This document shows, piece after piece, positions 37,222-48,528 of a stretch of DNA of 64,000 nt. Source of the DNA: Steroidobacteraceae bacterium (GTDB taxonomy: Bacteria > Pseudomonadota > Gammaproteobacteria > Steroidobacterales > Steroidobacteraceae); NCBI GenBank assembly GCA_035643995.1, contig DASQPK010000064.1:3616-67615 (forward strand), written 5' to 3'. A model generated the notes under the pieces. The model made no database searches and was not told the origin of the DNA. It saw only the letters and a program-made list of their open reading frames with translations. Position numbers and translations under genes: made by a program. Within the stretch, counting starts at the first letter, position 1. The number at the start of each line of letters is the position of its first letter.

Positions 37222-38727
37222 TCAGCCGCTGCGCTCATACCAGCCGCCGCCGAGCGCCTTGTACAAGGTGACGAGGTTTTGCAGTCGTGCAAGTTTGACG
37301 CTCACCAAGGATTGTTGGGCCGTATAAAGCAAGCGCTGTGAATCCAGCACGCCCAGGTAGTTGTCGACGCCGCCGGTGAAACGCATGTTGGACAGCCGAA
37401 AACTCTCGCTGCTCGCCTTCACCAGGGCGGTGTCCGCCGCCACCTGCGAGTCCAGCGTCGCGCGCCCCGCCAACGCATCCGCGACTTCGCGAAACCCGCT
37501 TTGAATCGCTTGCTCGTACTGCACCACCAAGATGTTCTTTTGCACCTTGGCCAGGTCGAGGGAAGCGACATTCGCGCCGCCCGCGAAGATCGGCAAGCTG
37601 ATCTGGGGTGAGAAGGTCCAGGCGGTGGAACCTTGCTTGAAAAGTCCCGACAGCTGGGTGCTCGCGGTGCCGTAGGAACCGGTCAGTAAAATGCTGGGAA
37701 AGAATGCGGCCCGTGCGGCGCCTATGTTGGCGTTTCCGGCAATCAAATTGTGCTCGGCCGCGAGGATGTCGGGCCGCTGCACCAGAACCTCCGAGGGTAG
37801 GCCGGCGGGCAAATCCGTGAGCAGGCTTTCTTCATCAAGGTCGACGTCCGCCACGAACTCACTCGGGAGGGGCGCGCCGAGCAATTGGACCAGGGCATTC
37901 TGATCTTGCGCCACCTGACGCCGATATTGCGCGAGATTTGCCTGCGCGGTCGCCACGGTGGTCTCGGCCTGGTGCAGATCGAGCGCGGTTGCCACGCCGC
38001 CCTCGAAGCTCATTCGAATCAGGTCGAGAGATTGTTGCTGGCTGCTCAGCGTATCTTCGGTGATGCGCAAAAGCTTCTGGTCGGCCAGCCAGGTGAGATA
38101 TGCGTTGGCCACCTCCGCGATGACGCTGATCTGAGTGCTGCGCCGCGTCTCCACAAAGCCCAAATACTGCTGCAATTTCGCATGATTCAAGCTGCGAATG
38201 CGGCCGAACAGATCGAGCTCATACGAGGTGAAGCCCACGCCGACATCGAAGAAACGAAAGACGCCCGAGCCGGATGCGGCGCCAATTCCTCCCACCCCGG
38301 TGCCGCCTGCCCCTGAGGCGAGGGGTGCAACCGCGGAGGGAAACTTCTCCACCGTTTCAGTCCCACTTGCCGATATCTTGGGAAAAAGATCCGCGCGCTG
38401 GATTTGGTACTGCGCGCGCGCGGCAGCAATGTTGAGCGTGGCAATCTGCGCGTCATAATTGTGCTGCAGCGCCTGTTCGATCAGGCTCTGCAGCTTGGGA
38501 TCAGTAAAGAACTCACGCCATCCGATCTGCGCGGCACTGCGCTGGGAAGCGTCCGGCGCAGCTTGAGCAGGCGAGCCGGGGGAATCGCCGGCCGCCGGCG
38601 CCGACGACTGCGGCATCGCCGGCCACTGCGGCGTTACCGCTGGTTGTGGGCGTTGGTAGCGGGGCTCCAGCGTGCAGCCTGCGAGATACACGATCAGGCA
38701 GGCGCCAAGCAAGGTTTGATTCTTCAC
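37222..38727 (-). CDS. RND efflux outer membrane factor lipoprotein (NodT/OprM family)
   Basis: Lipobox LAGC and NodT-family repeat architecture. ATGA-type 4-nt overlap with the upstream RND pump gene. Confidence 0.92.
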   Translation of the reverse strand: MKNQTLLGACLIVYLAGCTLEPRYQRPQPAVTPQWPAMPQSSAPAAGDSPGSPAQAAPDASQRSAAQIGWREFFTDPKLQSLIEQALQHNYDAQIATLNIAAARAQYQIQRADLFPKISASGTETVEKFPSAVAPLASGAGGTGVGGIGAASGSGVFRFFDVGVGFTSYELDLFGRIRSLNHAKLQQYLGFVETRRSTQISVIAEVANAYLTWLADQKLLRITEDTLSSQQQSLDLIRMSFEGGVATALDLHQAETTVATAQANLAQYRRQVAQDQNALVQLLGAPLPSEFVADVDLDEESLLTDLPAGLPSEVLVQRPDILAAEHNLIAGNANIGAARAAFFPSILLTGSYGTASTQLSGLFKQGSTAWTFSPQISLPIFAGGANVASLDLAKVQKNILVVQYEQAIQSGFREVADALAGRATLDSQVAADTALVKASSESFRLSNMRFTGGVDNYLGVLDSQRLLYTAQQSLVSVKLARLQNLVTLYKALGGGWYERSG

Positions 38728-41700
38728 GGCGAGCCCCGCGGTGTTGCGTCATTCGCCTCTGGGCTTGCGGCATGATGAGGTGTCGCGCCCTTCAGCCATT
38801 TCAATGTGGCGACGAAAAATACCGGCACAAAAAAGATCGCCAACACGGTTGCCGACAGCATGCCGCCGATAACTCCTGTGCCGATGGCATTTTGGCCCCC
38901 CGAGCCGGCGCCGCTGGATATTGCCAAGGGCATGACACCGAGCATGAAGGCCAGCGAGGTCATGAGTATGGGCCGCAGGCGCTGCCTTGCGGCATGCACG
39001 GTCGCTTCCACCAGTTCCATGCCTCTATCGTGATTTTCCTTGGCGAATTCGACGATCAGAATCGCGTTTTTGGCGGACAGGCCGACCGTGGTCAACAACC
39101 CGACCTGAAAGAACACATCGTTTTCGAGGCCGCGCAGCAGGGTGAAGAGGATGGCGCCAAAGACTCCCAACGGCACCACCAGCATCACGGCCACCGGAAT
39201 CGACCAGCTTTCGTAGAGCGCCGCCAGGCACAAAAAGACCACGATGAGCGAAATGGCATAGAGCGCCGGGGCCTGCGATCCGGATAAGCGCTCCTCGAAG
39301 GACAGCCCCGTCCATTGGATATCAAATCCCGGCGGCAGCTCTTTCGCGTGACTCTGGATGGCGTCGAGCGCCGTACCGGTGCTGACCCCGGCGACCGGAG
39401 CCCCGAGTATTTCCACCGACGGTATGCCGTTGAACCGCTCGAGCTTCGGTGAACCGAAGCCCCAAACAGCGTCCGAGAAAGCCGTGAACGGCACCATTTG
39501 CTGTTGCGAATTGCGCACATACCAGCTGGTCAGGTCCTGCGGCAGCATGCGCGAGGGCGCGTCGCCCTGGATGAACACGCGCTTCACCCGGCCTCGGTCG
39601 ACGAAGTCATTCACGTACAGCGATCCCCAGGCCGCGGAGAGCGAACTGTTGATATCCGCGACGGTCAATCCCAGCGCGCTGGCCTTTTCCCAATCGATGT
39701 TGAACAGATACTGCGGCTCATCGTCCAAGCCATTGGCTCGCACCTGGGTCAGCAGCGGATCCTTGCGCGCAAGATCCAGGAGTTGGTTGCGGGCGGCCAT
39801 GAGCTTGTCGTGGCCTTGATTCGCAAGGTCCACCAGTTCCAAGTCGAACCCGGTCGCGTTGCCCAACTCGAGCGCAGCGGGCGGCGCAAAGGCGAAGGCT
39901 TGCGCATCAGATATCTTGCCCAGTGCCGCGTTGGCGCGCGCGGCCACCGCTTGCACGCGATTTTTCTTGCCAGGCCGCTCGCGCCAGTCCTTCATGCGGA
40001 TGAAGACCAAGCCCGATGCCTGGCCGCGAGCCGCGAAACTGAACCCAGGCACGGTGAACACGCCCATGACCGCGTCTTTTTCCTGCGTCAAGAAATAATC
40101 GCGTACCTGCGTGAGCGATTTTTGGGTCCGTTCCAGCGTCGCGCCGGGCGGAGAGGTGACCTGGGCAAAAATAATCCCTTGGTCCTCATCCGGCAGAAAC
40201 GACTTGGGGATCCGGATGAATAGAACCCCCATCAGGACGACGATCAGCGCAAAAATCAACAAGTAGCGCCCGGTACGATGCACCACGTGCACGACGCCAC
40301 CCTCGTATTTCTGATTGGCGCGGTCAAAGTTTCTGTTGAACCAACCGAACAAGCCCGTTTGTGTGCGGGCTTGGCGTTTGGGCCGCAGCAGCGTGGCACA
40401 AAGAGCCGGCGTAAAAATCAATGCCACCAGAACCGACAGCGTCATGGCCGACACCATGGTCACGGAGAACTGCCGATAAATGACACCTGTGGAACCGCCG
40501 AAAAATGCCATGGGCAGGAACACTGCCGACAAGACCATCGCGATGCCGACCAGGGCACCCGTGATCTGATGCATCGAATTGCGGGTGGCTTCCTTGGGAG
40601 GCAGGTTTTCCTCCTCCATCACGCGCTCGACGTTTTCCACCACCACGATGGCGTCATCGACCAGAAGTCCTATCGCCAGAACCATGGCAAACATGGTCAG
40701 CACATTGATCGAGTAGCCGAAGGCTTTGAGCACGCCGAATGTGCCCAGCAGCACCACGGGCACCGCGATGGTGGGGATCAGGGTCGCGCGCAGGTTTTGC
40801 AGAAACAGCAACATGACCAGAAACACCAGGCCGATCGCTTCGAACAGCGTCTTCACCACGTCTTCGATCGAGATCCGGATAAAAGGCGTGCTGTCGTTGG
40901 GATAGATGACTTGCAAACCGGGCGGAAGAGTCGGTTTGAGTTTATCCATGGTCGAGCGGATGGCGGCAGCGGCGTCCAGCGCGTTCGCTCCCGTCGCGAG
41001 TCTCACGGCGATGCCGGAGGCCGGATGTCCATTCCACTGTACGTTGCTGAACTGATAATTCTCGCTGCCGAGCTCGATACGCGCCACATCGCGCAGGCGA
41101 ACTTGCGAGGCGTCCGGATTCACCTTGAGCAATATGGCGCCGAACTGCGCGGGCGTATTCAGGCGGCTCGGGCCGATGATGGTGGCGTTGAGTTGCTGTC
41201 CCGCCACTTGCGGAAGGCCTCCAAGTTCGCCCGATGCAATTTGTATGTTCTGCGCCTGAATCGCGGCGGCAACGTCAACCGGCGTCAGGTAGAAATTGTT
41301 GAGTTTTGCCGGATCGAGCCAAATTCGCATGGAATATTGGGCGCCGAAGACCTGATAGTCGCCGACTCCTGCCGTGCGGCTCAAGGGGTCCTGCACGTTC
41401 GATGCGATGAAATCGCCGATGTCGCCGCTGGACAGCGAACCGTCTTCAGAGAAAAATCCAATGACCAGCAGGAAATTGCGCGTCGACTTCGCCACCCGGA
41501 TGCCTTGCAGCTGCACTTCCGGCGGCAACAACGGCGTCGCAAGCTGCAGCTTGTTCTGCACTTGAACCTGGGCGATGTCCGGATTGGTCCCCTGCTCGAA
41601 ACTGAGCGTGATCGTCATGCTGCCGTCTTTGTCGCTCTCCGACGAGAAATACAGCAGATGATCGATGCCCGACAGCTGTTGTTCGATCACTTGCACGACG

Positions 41701-41879
41701 GTGCTTTGCACCGTGGCGGCCGAGGCGCCCGGATAGATCACGCTGATGGCAATGGCGGGCGGCGCGATGCTCGGGTACTGCGCAATCGGCAGGGTCTTGA
41801 TCGCGAGTCCGCCGCCGAGCATGATGACGATGGCGAGAACCCACGCAAATATCGGCCGTTCGATGAAAAAATCGGACAC
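38724..41879 (-). CDS. RND multidrug efflux permease (AcrB/MexB, HAE1 family)
   Basis: 1051 aa. [36 protein letters not shown]-terminus and 12-TM RND architecture. Confidence 0.96.
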   Translation of the reverse strand: MSDFFIERPIFAWVLAIVIMLGGGLAIKTLPIAQYPSIAPPAIAISVIYPGASAATVQSTVVQVIEQQLSGIDHLLYFSSESDKDGSMTITLSFEQGTNPDIAQVQVQNKLQLATPLLPPEVQLQGIRVAKSTRNFLLVIGFFSEDGSLSSGDIGDFIASNVQDPLSRTAGVGDYQVFGAQYSMRIWLDPAKLNNFYLTPVDVAAAIQAQNIQIASGELGGLPQVAGQQLNATIIGPSRLNTPAQFGAILLKVNPDASQVRLRDVARIELGSENYQFSNVQWNGHPASGIAVRLATGANALDAAAAIRSTMDKLKPTLPPGLQVIYPNDSTPFIRISIEDVVKTLFEAIGLVFLVMLLFLQNLRATLIPTIAVPVVLLGTFGVLKAFGYSINVLTMFAMVLAIGLLVDDAIVVVENVERVMEEENLPPKEATRNSMHQITGALVGIAMVLSAVFLPMAFFGGSTGVIYRQFSVTMVSAMTLSVLVALIFTPALCATLLRPKRQARTQTGLFGWFNRNFDRANQKYEGGVVHVVHRTGRYLLIFALIVVLMGVLFIRIPKSFLPDEDQGIIFAQVTSPPGATLERTQKSLTQVRDYFLTQEKDAVMGVFTVPGFSFAARGQASGLVFIRMKDWRERPGKKNRVQAVAARANAALGKISDAQAFAFAPPAALELGNATGFDLELVDLANQGHDKLMAARNQLLDLARKDPLLTQVRANGLDDEPQYLFNIDWEKASALGLTVADINSSLSAAWGSLYVNDFVDRGRVKRVFIQGDAPSRMLPQDLTSWYVRNSQQQMVPFTAFSDAVWGFGSPKLERFNGIPSVEILGAPVAGVSTGTALDAIQSHAKELPPGFDIQWTGLSFEERLSGSQAPALYAISLIVVFLCLAALYESWSIPVAVMLVVPLGVFGAILFTLLRGLENDVFFQVGLLTTVGLSAKNAILIVEFAKENHDRGMELVEATVHAARQRLRPILMTSLAFMLGVMPLAISSGAGSGGQNAIGTGVIGGMLSATVLAIFFVPVFFVATLKWLKGATPHHAASPEANDATPRGSP

Positions 41880-41885
41880 GGCCGA

Positions 41886-43046
41886 TTACTTCTGCGGCTG
41901 CGGAGGCGAACCAGCCGCCGCCGGTTTGAGTTCATCGGGCGTCACTTCATGAGGGTGCACCACGCTGCCGGGGCGCACCGCTTGGATGCCGACCATGATG
42001 ACCTTATCGCCCGGCGCCACGCCCTCGCTCACCAGCCATTGATCGTCTATGGCACGGTCGGTTTTGACGACGCGGACGGCCGCCTTGTTGTCATCGCCGA
42101 CGATCGTGACCGTTGCCTCGCCTCGACTGTTGTGGCCGACGGCACGCTGCGGGACGAGCAGGCCTCTCTCGTTGACGCCTTCTTCCAATCGCTCGCGCAC
42201 GAACATTCCGGGCAACAAGATATTTTGCGGATTGGGAAAGACCGCGCGCAGCGTCACGGATCCCGTGCCCGGGTCTACCGTGACTTCGGTAAATTGCAGC
42301 TTGCCGGTCAGCGGATACGGCGAGCCATCCTCCAAAATCAATTTGGCCTCCGCCTGCGCGTCGCCGGCCTTTTTCAGTTGTCCTTCCGAGAACGCGCGCT
42401 GCAAATGCAAGAGCACCGTGCTCGCCTGTGTCGCATCGACGTAGATCGGGTCAAGCTGTTGAATCACCACCAATGCGTTTGCCTGATTCGCGCCTACCAA
42501 CGCGCCTTCGGTGACCGAGGAACGTCCGGTTCGGCCTGAAATCGGCGCAAACATCCGGGTATAAGCCAGATTGATGCGCGCAGTCTCCAGCGCGGCCCTG
42601 GCCGAAGCCACATCGGCGGCAGCCTGGTCTTGCGCGGCGACCGCGTTGTCGTAGTCCTGCTGACTGACGGCGCGCGCTTCGCTCAAGGGCTTGTAGCGCT
42701 GTGCCAGCAGCCGGCTCGAAGTGGCGGCAGCCTGCGCGCGCTCGAGCGCGGCCCGGGCACTCTCATAGCTCGCCTGAAACGGAGCGGGATCGATCTGGTA
42801 GAGCTGTTGCCCCGCTTTGACCTGGGCCCCTTCAGTGAACAGCCGCTTCAATATCACGCCGTTGACCTGCGGACGGACTTCCGCGACCCGAAATGCCGTC
42901 GTGCGGGCCGGAAGCTCGGTGACGATGACGACCGGCTGCGTTCGCAAGGTGAGGACCGCAACCTCAGGCGGCGGGGGCGGCGGCGGGGCGCTCTTGTGAG
43001 AGCACGCGGCGGTCAAGACGAAACTGACGAGGATGAATTTTCGCAT
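41886..43046 (-). CDS. RND efflux periplasmic adaptor lipoprotein (AcrA/MexA family)
   Basis: Lipobox LTAAC. Motifs RVAEVRPQVNGVILKRLFTEG..VKAGQQLYQIDP and LAYTRMFAPISG. ATG at 43046; the ORF-track extension to 43163 is rejected. Confidence 0.92.
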   Translation of the reverse strand: MRKFILVSFVLTAACSHKSAPPPPPPPEVAVLTLRTQPVVIVTELPARTTAFRVAEVRPQVNGVILKRLFTEGAQVKAGQQLYQIDPAPFQASYESARAALERAQAAATSSRLLAQRYKPLSEARAVSQQDYDNAVAAQDQAAADVASARAALETARINLAYTRMFAPISGRTGRSSVTEGALVGANQANALVVIQQLDPIYVDATQASTVLLHLQRAFSEGQLKKAGDAQAEAKLILEDGSPYPLTGKLQFTEVTVDPGTGSVTLRAVFPNPQNILLPGMFVRERLEEGVNERGLLVPQRAVGHNSRGEATVTIVGDDNKAAVRVVKTDRAIDDQWLVSEGVAPGDKVIMVGIQAVRPGSVVHPHEVTPDELKPAAAGSPPQPQK

Positions 43047-43143
43047 AGGGTCCGTTTTTGGCCGAACGGTCGGCCAACCACATTGAGGGGGTTGTCGAAT
43101 ACTAAGGCTTCTGCGCCGTTCCCTGCCCATCAACCGGCTGATA

Positions 43144-43153
43144 ATTGCGCAAT
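43144..43153. promoter_or_regulatory. Perfect 10-bp palindrome in the divergent efflux promoter region (candidate MarR-type operator)
   Basis: ATTGCGCAAT lies in the AT-rich 148-bp spacer between the RND adaptor gene and the marR-family gene. A perfect TATAAT hexamer lies at 43173-43178. Confidence 0.3.
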
Positions 43154-43194
43154 AGATATTCACTTGCTAAAATATAATGTATTAAATAGTTAGT

Positions 43195-43737
43195 ATGCAA
43201 ATGAATAATTTCGGATCGCAATTCGAGCTCGTCGAGGCAAATCTCCAAAACCTCAAATCCCGCATGCCCGATTTGCCGGCCGCGAGCATTCTGTTGTGCC
43301 GGCTCCTGTTGCATATCGGGCGTGAGATGGCGGTGATGTTCGAGCAGCAAATCAGGCCGTTTGGTCTCGCCGAAGCAGAGTTTCGCGTGCTCACCACGCT
43401 GTTCTCTCAACCCGATGGCGTCGCGCATCCCAGCGATCTATGCGTTCGCGCCTCGCAAAGTCCCGCCAATATGTCGCGCATCAGCGATGCGCTGGTGAGC
43501 CGCGGTCTGATCACGCGCGTCTCGAGTGTTCACGATAGGCGCAGGATGGTGCTGCGAATCACGGAGGCGGGCGAGGCGTTCGTGCGTCAACTGCTTCCCA
43601 AGTTGTTTGTTCCGTTGCGCGAAATGTTGAAGGATTTTCCGGAAACCGATCAGCTGCAGATGACTTCTCTGCTCAAGCGCCTCGGCGTCGTATTGGACAA
43701 GGCGACCGCACCGCAGATTGTGGAGCAGGCGCTGTGA
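43195..43737 (+). CDS. MarR-family transcriptional regulator (EmrR/MprA-like)
   Basis: Winged-helix region (FRVLTTLFSQP..SDLCVRASQSPANMSRISDALVSRGLITRV...DRRRMVLRITEAG). First gene of the OMF-emrA-emrB operon. Confidence 0.9.
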   Translation: MQMNNFGSQFELVEANLQNLKSRMPDLPAASILLCRLLLHIGREMAVMFEQQIRPFGLAEAEFRVLTTLFSQPDGVAHPSDLCVRASQSPANMSRISDALVSRGLITRVSSVHDRRRMVLRITEAGEAFVRQLLPKLFVPLREMLKDFPETDQLQMTSLLKRLGVVLDKATAPQIVEQAL

Positions 43738-45176
43738 ACGCGTTGCGGGTCGCGGCGACGGTGTTCGTCGCTTTATCGGTGGGTTGTGCCGGACTGCCGC
43801 CGAAGCATGAGCCGGTGCAACTCAGAGATTCTGCGCCGCTCGAGGGCCTCGAAGCCGCCGGCGGCGGCGACTGGCCGGCTGAAGGATGGTGGAAGCGGTA
43901 CCAGGATTCCACCTTGGATCAATTGATAGCGCTCGGCGGCGCCAACTCGCCGACCTTGGCGACCGCGCACGCACGATATGACTCGGCCCGGCAATCGGTC
44001 CGTCTCGCAGCGGCCGAGTCCGGCGCTCACCTGGACGCCAGCGCCGCTGCCGACCGGCAACGCTTGAGCGATAACGGAGTATTTCCACCGCGGCTGCTCG
44101 GATTCACCTGGTACAACCAGTTCGACTTGGGTCTGCAAGCCAGCTACACCTTCGACTGGTGGGGCAAGCAACGCGACGCCGTGGAGGCGGCGATGGACCA
44201 AGCGCATGCGGCCCAAGCGGATCGCAGCGCCGCGGCGTTGATGCTCGCCAGTTCCATCGCTGACAGCTACTTTGGCTGGCAATCCGATCAAAACCGTCTG
44301 CTCCTCGCCAAGGAGAAAGAAATCGCTGTCGCGTCGCAGAGCAAGGTCACTGCTGCGCGCGTCCAGGCCGAGTTGGATTCGGCGGACGAACTGAACAGTT
44401 CCGATCTTGCATTGGCAGCGGCTCGTGAGCAGATTGCGGCATTGGAAGGATCCGCGAAACTGCGCGTGGTTGCTTTGGCGGCTTTGGTCGGCCGGCCCAT
44501 CAACGAGTTGCCGCCCTTGATCCGTAAGCCCTTGCCGTCCTTTCCCGGTGCCTTGCCGGACAATGTCAGGATCGATCTGATATCGCGACGTGCCGACATC
44601 ACGGCAAGCCGCTGGCGCGTGGAAGCGGCGGAAAAAAGTCTGGCGTCGGCGCGTGCCGAGTTCTTTCCCGATGTAACGGTCAATGCGCTGCTCGGGCTCT
44701 CGAGCCTCGATGTCGGTAAGTTGCTCGAGTACGGCAGCCGCGTCCCTCAAATCAATGCAGCCATTCACTTGCCGATTTTCGATGCCGGCCGGCTCAAGGC
44801 GCGTTATGGCGGCGCAACGGCCGCGATCGACTCGGCGGTCTCGAACTATCAGGACACCGTGATCAGTGCCGCGCGCGATGTGGCAACTCAGGCGACGATG
44901 CGTGCACAGATAGATGCCGAGCGCATGCAGCGCGCCCGGCAAGTCGAGGCGGCGCTGCGCATGAAGAATGGCGCCGCGGCACGCGTGCGTCAGGGGCTCA
45001 ACGATTCGCGCAGCGAATTGACGGCGACCGAATCCTGGATCGACCAGCGCGATGCCCTGCTGCAGCTCGATGCGGCGGCTTTGTCGGCGGACGTTGCGCT
45101 ACAACGCGCGCTCGGCGGCGGATATGAGAGCCCGCAAAAGCTCGCCACCTCCATTTCAACCACAGCGGCACCATGA
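43734..45176 (+). CDS. Efflux outer membrane factor lipoprotein (NodT family)
   Basis: Lipobox SVGC and NodT-family architecture. GTGA overlap with marR and ATGA overlap with emrA. Confidence 0.9.
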   Translation: MNALRVAATVFVALSVGCAGLPPKHEPVQLRDSAPLEGLEAAGGGDWPAEGWWKRYQDSTLDQLIALGGANSPTLATAHARYDSARQSVRLAAAESGAHLDASAAADRQRLSDNGVFPPRLLGFTWYNQFDLGLQASYTFDWWGKQRDAVEAAMDQAHAAQADRSAAALMLASSIADSYFGWQSDQNRLLLAKEKEIAVASQSKVTAARVQAELDSADELNSSDLALAAAREQIAALEGSAKLRVVALAALVGRPINELPPLIRKPLPSFPGALPDNVRIDLISRRADITASRWRVEAAEKSLASARAEFFPDVTVNALLGLSSLDVGKLLEYGSRVPQINAAIHLPIFDAGRLKARYGGATAAIDSAVSNYQDTVISAARDVATQATMRAQIDAERMQRARQVEAALRMKNGAAARVRQGLNDSRSELTATESWIDQRDALLQLDAAALSADVALQRALGGGYESPQKLATSISTTAAP

Positions 45177-46345
45177 ACGCAAACATCGAATCGTCGGCCA
45201 CGAATCCCTCGAACGGCAAGCGGCGCCGGATTCTGCTCCTCATCGCGCTCATTTTCATCGCCCTGGGCGCTTTGTGGGCTGCCTACTGGACGCTGGTGCT
45301 CTCGAAGCGCGAGAAGACCGACGATGCCTACGTGAACGGCAACAAGGTTGTGATTTCCGCACAGATCTCAGGCACCGTTGTTGCGGTTCTGAAGGACGAC
45401 ACACAGCTCGTCAAGGCAGGCCAGGTTCTCGTCAAGCTGGATCCGATCGATGCACAAACCGCCTTGAGCCGCGCGGGGAGCGCTTTGGCACAAACGGTGC
45501 GGCAGGTGCGGCAGCAGAAAGCGACCGCGGGGCAATACGATTCGGAGATTGAATCCCGCAAGCTGGAGTTGGCCCGGGCGCAAATCGATCTGGAAAAGAG
45601 GCAACCGCTGCTCGCCGAACATGCCATTGCCGGAGAAGAGGTTCGCCATGCGCAAGAGAGCGTGCAAATGGCGCGGGCTGCCTTGATCCAGGCCGAGCGC
45701 CAATCGTCGTCGGCGCACGCGCTGGTCGATGGCACGCCGGTGGAAACCAACCCCACTGTGCTGCAGGCAAAGGATGCGTTTCGCGACGCGTGGATCGCCG
45801 CGCAGCGCAATGCCGTCGTTGCACCCGTGTCCGGCTATGTCGCCGAGCGCAGCGTGCAGCTGGGGCAGCACATTCAGGCGGGCGAAGCGCTGATGACGGT
45901 GATTCCGCTGCATTCGCTGTGGGTGGACGCGAATTTCAAGGAAGTGCAGCTGCGAAACTTGAGGATCGGCCAGAATGTCGAGGTGCGCAGCGACCTGTAC
46001 GGGGGCTCTTTTATTTTTCACGGCCGCGTACAGGGGATGTCCGCCGGAACCGGTGCGGCATTTTCATTGCTGCCGCCGCAAAACGCCTCGGGCAATTGGA
46101 TCAAAGTGGTGCAACGCGTGCCGGTGCGTGTTCGGATCGATGACAACGATCTGATCAAATCTCCCCTGCGTGTCGGCCTTTCCGCCACCGTCACCGTGGA
46201 CACAACATCCCGCGACGGACCGGTATTGGCGCCCGAGGCAAACGATGAGCCGGTGGGCGATACACAGGTCTATACGCAGGACTTGGACAAGGCCAATGCC
46301 GAGGCCGATGCGGTCGTGCGCCGAAATCTCGGCATCGATCACTAG
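45173..46345 (+). CDS. emrA: EmrA-type (HlyD family) membrane fusion protein
   Basis: N-terminal TM then TDDAYVNGNKVVISAQISGTVVAV, a long coiled coil, and a C-terminal beta-barrel (NWIKVVQRVPVRV). Confidence 0.9.
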   Translation: MNANIESSATNPSNGKRRRILLLIALIFIALGALWAAYWTLVLSKREKTDDAYVNGNKVVISAQISGTVVAVLKDDTQLVKAGQVLVKLDPIDAQTALSRAGSALAQTVRQVRQQKATAGQYDSEIESRKLELARAQIDLEKRQPLLAEHAIAGEEVRHAQESVQMARAALIQAERQSSSAHALVDGTPVETNPTVLQAKDAFRDAWIAAQRNAVVAPVSGYVAERSVQLGQHIQAGEALMTVIPLHSLWVDANFKEVQLRNLRIGQNVEVRSDLYGGSFIFHGRVQGMSAGTGAAFSLLPPQNASGNWIKVVQRVPVRVRIDDNDLIKSPLRVGLSATVTVDTTSRDGPVLAPEANDEPVGDTQVYTQDLDKANAEADAVVRRNLGIDH

Positions 46346-46369
46346 ACGGGCTCTTGGGTAGCATCGTCA

Positions 46370-47929
46370 ATGGCTGAATCCGCGCAGCCGGCCATGGCAG
46401 GCGAATACCCTCCCTTGCACGGCGGCAAGCTGTTTTTTCTGACCGTCGCCATTGCGACCGCCTCGTTCATGGAGATTCTTGACATGACCATCGTCAATGT
46501 CTCCGTGCCTTCGATTTCCGGGAGCCTGGGCGTCACCACATCGGAAGGCACCTGGGCCGTCAGCTCCTACATGCTCGCGGCCGCCGTCATGCAGCCCCTC
46601 TCAGGATGGATTGCGCGACGCTTCGGCGAGGTGAGAACCTTCGTCACCTCCATATTGCTGTTCATGATTCTTTCAGCCATCTGCGGCCTTGCGACCAGCC
46701 TTCCCATGCTGGTCGGCGCACGCCTCATCCAAGGGTTGGTCTCAGGCCCTATGATGTCCGTTGCGCAGGCGATATTGTTGCGCAACTATCCGATTGAGCG
46801 GCGCGGCATGGCGCTGGGATTGTGGTCCATGGTAATCATGATTGCCCCGATTTTCGGTCCCATCATCGGCGGATGGATTACTGACAATTTTTCCTGGCCG
46901 TGGCTGTTTTATATCAACCTGCCGGTCGGTGCGTTCTCTGCGGCGGCAAGCTGGTCGATACTGCGGCACCGCGAATCGAAGACCACCAAATTGCCGATCG
47001 ACGCCGTGGGTCTGGTACTTCTCATCATCGGCGTGGGCAGCCTGCAATTCATGCTGGACAACGGCAATGAGAAGGACTGGTTCAATTCCCCCATTATTCT
47101 GGCCGCCGCCGTCACGTCGATCATCGCAATCTCATTCTTCATTCCCTGGGAACTCACCGACAAGCATCCGGTCGTGGATTTGCGGCTGTTTGGCCGGCGT
47201 AATTTTCGCGTCGGCACCTTGACGGTGGGGATGGCGTTTTTTGCATTTTCCGGCGTGAACATCATATTTCCGCTGTGGCTGCAAACCACGGTGGGCTACA
47301 CGGCCACTTGGGCGGGATTCGCGGTTGCTCCGGTTGGATTGTTGGGGCTCATCGTGGCCCCCATCGTGGGCCGCAATATGATGCGCATGAATCTGCGGCT
47401 CGCGGCCAGCTTCGCGTTTTGCGTTTTCGGTTTTTCTGTCTTTTGGACCGCGACGTTGAATGAGAGTGCCAGCTTCATTCAATTCGCCACGCCGCGGTTC
47501 CTGCAAGGATTGGGCATGGCGTTTTTCTTCCTGCCCTTGAATCAAATCCTCATGTCCGGTGTCGCCCCGAACGAGTTGGCTTCGGCTTCGGGGGTCAGCA
47601 ATTTTGTGCGCACCATGTCCGGCAGTTTTGCGACCGCCATCACGGTATGGATATGGAATCGGCGCAGCGATTACCATCACGCCGTCCTGACCGAACACAT
47701 CAACAACTCCTCCCAGGCGTGGGCTCAGTACCAAGCGCAGCTCAGCGCTCACGGAATCAGCGGCGTCGGCGCTTCTCAATATGTAAATCAAGTCATATCC
47801 AGCCAGGCATCGACCTTGGGCGTCAATGACGTGTTCAACATGTTGGGGCTGTTGTATCTAATATTGATCCCTTTCGTTTGGTTCGCGAAACCTCCTTTCG
47901 GTGCGCGGGCGGCGCCCGCAGCGCACTGA
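46370..47929 (+). CDS. emrB: DHA2-family MFS efflux transporter (EmrB/QacA type, 14 TMS)
   Basis: FMEILDMTIVNVSVPSISGSLG, the LSGWIARRFG motif, and 519 aa consistent with 14 TM helices. Confidence 0.92.
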   Translation: MAESAQPAMAGEYPPLHGGKLFFLTVAIATASFMEILDMTIVNVSVPSISGSLGVTTSEGTWAVSSYMLAAAVMQPLSGWIARRFGEVRTFVTSILLFMILSAICGLATSLPMLVGARLIQGLVSGPMMSVAQAILLRNYPIERRGMALGLWSMVIMIAPIFGPIIGGWITDNFSWPWLFYINLPVGAFSAAASWSILRHRESKTTKLPIDAVGLVLLIIGVGSLQFMLDNGNEKDWFNSPIILAAAVTSIIAISFFIPWELTDKHPVVDLRLFGRRNFRVGTLTVGMAFFAFSGVNIIFPLWLQTTVGYTATWAGFAVAPVGLLGLIVAPIVGRNMMRMNLRLAASFAFCVFGFSVFWTATLNESASFIQFATPRFLQGLGMAFFFLPLNQILMSGVAPNELASASGVSNFVRTMSGSFATAITVWIWNRRSDYHHAVLTEHINNSSQAWAQYQAQLSAHGISGVGASQYVNQVISSQASTLGVNDVFNMLGLLYLILIPFVWFAKPPFGARAAPAAH

Positions 47930-47961
47930 TCCAATGGCAGATACCGTGTAGCATTGATCCT

Positions 47962-48528
47962 GTGACTTCACCCTACATTGTCGCCGTCGGCGGAACTCTG
48001 CGTCCCAATTCTTCGACCGAGTGGGCCATGCGTCATGTGCTGTCAAGCGCACAGCGCGCCGGGGCGCGCACCAAGTTGATCAGCGGTCCGCTGCTGCAGT
48101 TGCCGCTGTATCAGCCGGAAAATCTCGAGAGGGGCGATGGCGCGCGTTTTTTGGTGGCCGAGCTTGCGCGGGCCGACGGTATTATTATCGGCTCGCCGGG
48201 ATACCACGGCAGCATCTCAGGATTGGTCAAGAATGCGCTGGACTACGCGGAAGATCTACGCACCGATGCGCGGCCCTATTTCAGCGGACGCGCCGTCGGC
48301 TGTATCGCCACGGCGGGCGGATGGCCGGGTGCCGTCAACACCTTAGGCGCGCTGCGCGACATCGTGCATGCGTTGCGCGGCTGGCCCACCCCCTTGGGCG
48401 CCGCAATCAACTCCGCAGAGACGGTATTCGACGAAGAGGGGATCTGTCTGGTGCCGAGAGTCGGACAAATTCTCGAACTCATGGCCGAAGAAGTCATGAG
48501 CTTCGCCCGCCGGGCGCATCCTCATTGA
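47962..48528 (+). CDS. NAD(P)H-dependent FMN reductase family oxidoreductase
   Basis: VAVGGTLRPNSST and ADGIIIGSPGYHGSISGLVKNALDY motifs of the flavodoxin-like FMN reductase family. GTG start at 47962, after the emrB stop. Confidence 0.85.
   Translation: MTSPYIVAVGGTLRPNSSTEWAMRHVLSSAQRAGARTKLISGPLLQLPLYQPENLERGDGARFLVAELARADGIIIGSPGYHGSISGLVKNALDYAEDLRTDARPYFSGRAVGCIATAGGWPGAVNTLGALRDIVHALRGWPTPLGAAINSAETVFDEEGICLVPRVGQILELMAEEVMSFARRAHPH

Noticed and set aside
40278-42539. 753-aa plus-strand ORF spanning the RND pump/adaptor region
   Set aside because: It is antisense to an unmistakable AcrB/MexB-type gene and its product is R/H/G/D/A-rich with no motifs. This is a typical shadow ORF created by high GC and codon bias on the opposite strand.
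43773-44942. 389-aa minus-strand ORF antisense to the second NodT OMF gene
   Set aside because: It lies opposite a lipoprotein OMF gene that is overlap-coupled to marR and emrA, and it has no motifs.
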